From Verrucomicrobiota bacterium (GTDB taxonomy: Bacteria; Verrucomicrobiota; Verrucomicrobiia; Limisphaerales; UBA9464): a stretch of 64,000 nt of DNA. The position numbers and the translations under genes were made by a program. Below, in pieces: positions 62,062-64,000 of this stretch; position 1 is the first letter of the stretch, and each line of letters starts with the position of its first letter. The notes under the pieces were generated by a model that was given only the letters and a program-made list of their open reading frames with translations, was not told the origin of the DNA and ran no database searches. Location of the stretch: NCBI GenBank assembly GCA_046346705.1, contig JAXMHR010000001.1:139426-203425 (forward strand). The letters run 5' to 3'.

Positions 62062-62934
62062 CTACAATGGGACGACCCGCAGCCAACCCGCCTCTCCAAA
62101 CTCCGCCCGGAACCCGTCCACCACCGCCTCCGCCATCGCAACGGAGGGAAAAAGCGCAAAAGTGGTGGAACCACTCCCCGACATCCGGGCACCGATCGCT
62201 CCTGCGCGAAGGAGGAACTCCTGATGGAGGGCCAGGATCGGGTATTTCTCCAGCACCGGCCCCTCCAGTGCATTAAACCACAGTGCGACCGCGCCGCGGA
62301 CGTCGCCCCGCCCAAACCGTTCAGCGACTGCGGACGCCCGCCCGGGTTTCCCGTCGCGCAGGGTCGGAAAAGCGGACAAGGCCTTGAAAGCCCACGGGGT
62401 GGGAACGCCGAATCCCGGATGAAACATCAGCAACGCGTGGCCCGTAAGGCAGGTGAACAGGGGCAGCGGTTGAATCCGTTCACCCCGCCCCGTTGCCAGC
62501 GCAGGTCCTTCCTGAAGGAAGAAATTCACGTCAGACCCCAATCCGGCAGCCAATGAATCCAGGGAGGAGGGGGTGAGCGGCCCGCCAAACAATTCATTCA
62601 GGGCCAGGAGCGTCACCGCCGCGTTGGCGCTGCCCGCTCCGATTCCCGCGGACAACGGCAGGAGTTTGTCGAGATGGATGCGAACCCCGGAGGAAATCCG
62701 GGCCTCGCGAAGAAATCCTTCGGCGGCCCGGTAAACCAGGTTGGACGAATCCACCGGAAGATCCGGATGGCTGCAAGTCAAAGCGATCCCAGCCGCCGCC
62801 GCCTCAAAGGAAATCTCATCGAACGCCGGCACCGGAAAGAACAGCGTCTCCAGGTCGTGAAAGCCATCGGATCGGCGTCCCAGAATGTTCAGGACGAAAT
62901 TGACCTTGCAGGGTGACCGGCGGATCAAGGGCAT
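62062..62934 (-). CDS. ispE: 4-diphosphocytidyl-2-C-methyl-D-erythritol kinase
   Basis: 290 aa. 'PCKVNF.L.ILGRR.DGFHDLETLF', 'K..P..AG.G.GS.NAA' and 'MSGSGST.F'. Confidence 0.85.
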   Translation of the reverse strand: MPLIRRSPCKVNFVLNILGRRSDGFHDLETLFFPVPAFDEISFEAAAAGIALTCSHPDLPVDSSNLVYRAAEGFLREARISSGVRIHLDKLLPLSAGIGAGSANAAVTLLALNELFGGPLTPSSLDSLAAGLGSDVNFFLQEGPALATGRGERIQPLPLFTCLTGHALLMFHPGFGVPTPWAFKALSAFPTLRDGKPGRASAVAERFGRGDVRGAVALWFNALEGPVLEKYPILALHQEFLLRAGAIGARMSGSGSTTFALFPSVAMAEAVVDGFRAEFGEAGWLRVVPL

Positions 62935-62965
62935 AAAAAAAACGCGCCAACCGGAGTTGGCGCGT
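62935..62965 (-). terminator. Rho-independent terminator abutting the ispE start codon
   Basis: Minus strand reads ACGCGCCAAC-TCCG-GTTGGCGCGT followed by TTTTTTTT. The T-tract ends at the base before the ispE ATG (62934). Confidence 0.8.
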
Positions 62966-62985
62966 GATGCTCCGGGGGCGAACGA

Positions 62986-63417
62986 TCAGTTCTGGAGCGG
63001 ATTGAACTCTGAGCCCGGGATAAAGGGAGCCACTGATGAATCCTGCAACCCGATGAATTGGTCAGATCCGATGCCGAAATAACCGATCTGGGAACGTTCC
63101 TGACTGTCGGGGAACACCGGGTTCACCGGATAGATGATCGGCTGGGTGGGGATCGGGAAGGTCACCACTTCAAAGGCACCGACCGCTGTACGCTCGATCG
63201 TGCGGGTAAAGCCATGGATCACGCCGTAACCCGGCGATCCATCTATATCCATCGAGAGTGAATTCTGCTCGGCGGAACGCACCAGTTCACCCATGCGAAG
63301 CGGCTCCGCCAGGTTGGTAAGGCCGCGGCCAAGCTTTTTCTCCATGCTATTGCAGCCGGTCAGGAGGGGCGTCACGCCAACAATCGCGAGGACCGCGTAG
63401 AGTTTCAGGGATCGCAT
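62986..63417 (-). CDS. Small lipoprotein, TIGR04073-like (exosortase-system-associated family)
   Basis: Internal ATG 63417 gives 'MRSLKLYAVLAIVGVTPLLTGC' (lipobox). 'KLGRGLTNLAEP' and 'RTAVGAFEVVTFPIP' recall TIGR04073 from memory. Confidence 0.55.
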   Translation of the reverse strand: MRSLKLYAVLAIVGVTPLLTGCNSMEKKLGRGLTNLAEPLRMGELVRSAEQNSLSMDIDGSPGYGVIHGFTRTIERTAVGAFEVVTFPIPTQPIIYPVNPVFPDSQERSQIGYFGIGSDQFIGLQDSSVAPFIPGSEFNPLQN

Positions 63418-63495
63418 AACGGATGATTTCGGAGACAGCGTAGGGTTGTCGTTTACAGTGGCAAGCACCGATTTCCGAGGACGCTGTCAAACCCG

Positions 63496-64000
63496 TCACC
63501 CGCCGCCCGATTCCAGGCTCGCCTTCCGGGACTCCTTCCGCTCCCAGAACCACGCGATCACCACGCTGATTTCATAAAGCGCATGCAGCGGAAGGAACAT
63601 CAACAACATGGTCATCGGGTTCCCGTCGGGCGTGATGAAACCAGCAAGCGTCAGCCCCGCCACCACCCAGTACATGCGCAATTGGCTGAGCTTCTTGGCG
63701 TCCAGAATTCCCACCTTCACCAAGGTGAGCAATACCAGCGGCAGCTCAAAGGCGAGCCCCATGCCCACCAGAAACCAGCATACGAAGCTCACGTACTCCT
63801 CGGCGCGCCACTGGTCGGCGGCAAAACCCAGCCAGTTGGAAAAGCTCACCGTGGCGCTCAGGGAAACCACGAGCAGGATCAGGTAACAGAAGGCGACACC
63901 GATGAAGAACAGGAGCGTTCCAAAGCCGGCCGCCTTGTACACAAACCGGCGCTCATGGACATGAAGCGCGGGCATGATGAACTGGGCGAGAAAGAAGAGC
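63496..64000 (-). CDS. tatC: Twin-arginine translocase subunit TatC, 5' end outside the window
   Basis: The frame stays open upstream of the track's Met ('LFFLAQFIMPALHVHERRF', compare TatC 'PGLY..E'). TM-rich 'GLAFELPLVLLTLVKVGI' is typical TatC. Confidence 0.75.
   Translation of the reverse strand, partial: LFFLAQFIMPALHVHERRFVYKAAGFGTLLFFIGVAFCYLILLVVSLSATVSFSNWLGFAADQWRAEEYVSFVCWFLVGMGLAFELPLVLLTLVKVGILDAKKLSQLRMYWVVAGLTLAGFITPDGNPMTMLLMFLPLHALYEISVVIAWFWERKESRKASLESGGG

Overview
Visibly GC-rich bacterial chromosome segment, densely coding on both strands (about 50 supportable CDS). Many long antisense shadow ORFs are typical of high-GC DNA. Gene content points to the PVC superphylum, most likely Verrucomicrobiota: a PSD1 (PSCyt/DUF1549/DUF1553) + DUF1501 pair, an H-X9-DG prepilin-type protein, ThuA and TIGR03067-like domains, an Amuc_1100-like pilus-cluster protein and a TIGR04073-like lipoprotein. 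Housekeeping genes recognised are a ccsA-like/hemA/hemC operon, ggt, two peroxiredoxins, a tricorn-like protease, nfeD-floA, leuD, nth, pyrE, coaE, recG, tadA, a NUDIX gene, ppnP, ispE and tatC (partial). I recognised no rRNA, tRNA, CRISPR array, transposase or integrase. The most interesting region is a ~13.3 kb minus-strand block (41631-54957). It holds a type IV pilus-like envelope module: a PilM-PilN fusion, an Amuc_1100-like protein, an Amuc_1099-position protein, and a secretin with a TPR-like N-terminus and poly-Gly inserts. Three tightly coupled large signal-peptide proteins of unknown function follow directly (640, 504 and 1053 aa), and the block looks more A/T-rich than its flanks. 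Other points of interest are a ~70-aa module ending in [FY][FY]R[VL] in four secreted proteins, a pilT / membrane protein / degenerate SNase-like operon, a HAD-TPMT fusion gene, and several structured intergenic elements. All functional calls come from reading motifs in the supplied translations and from memory of protein families. No database search was run.
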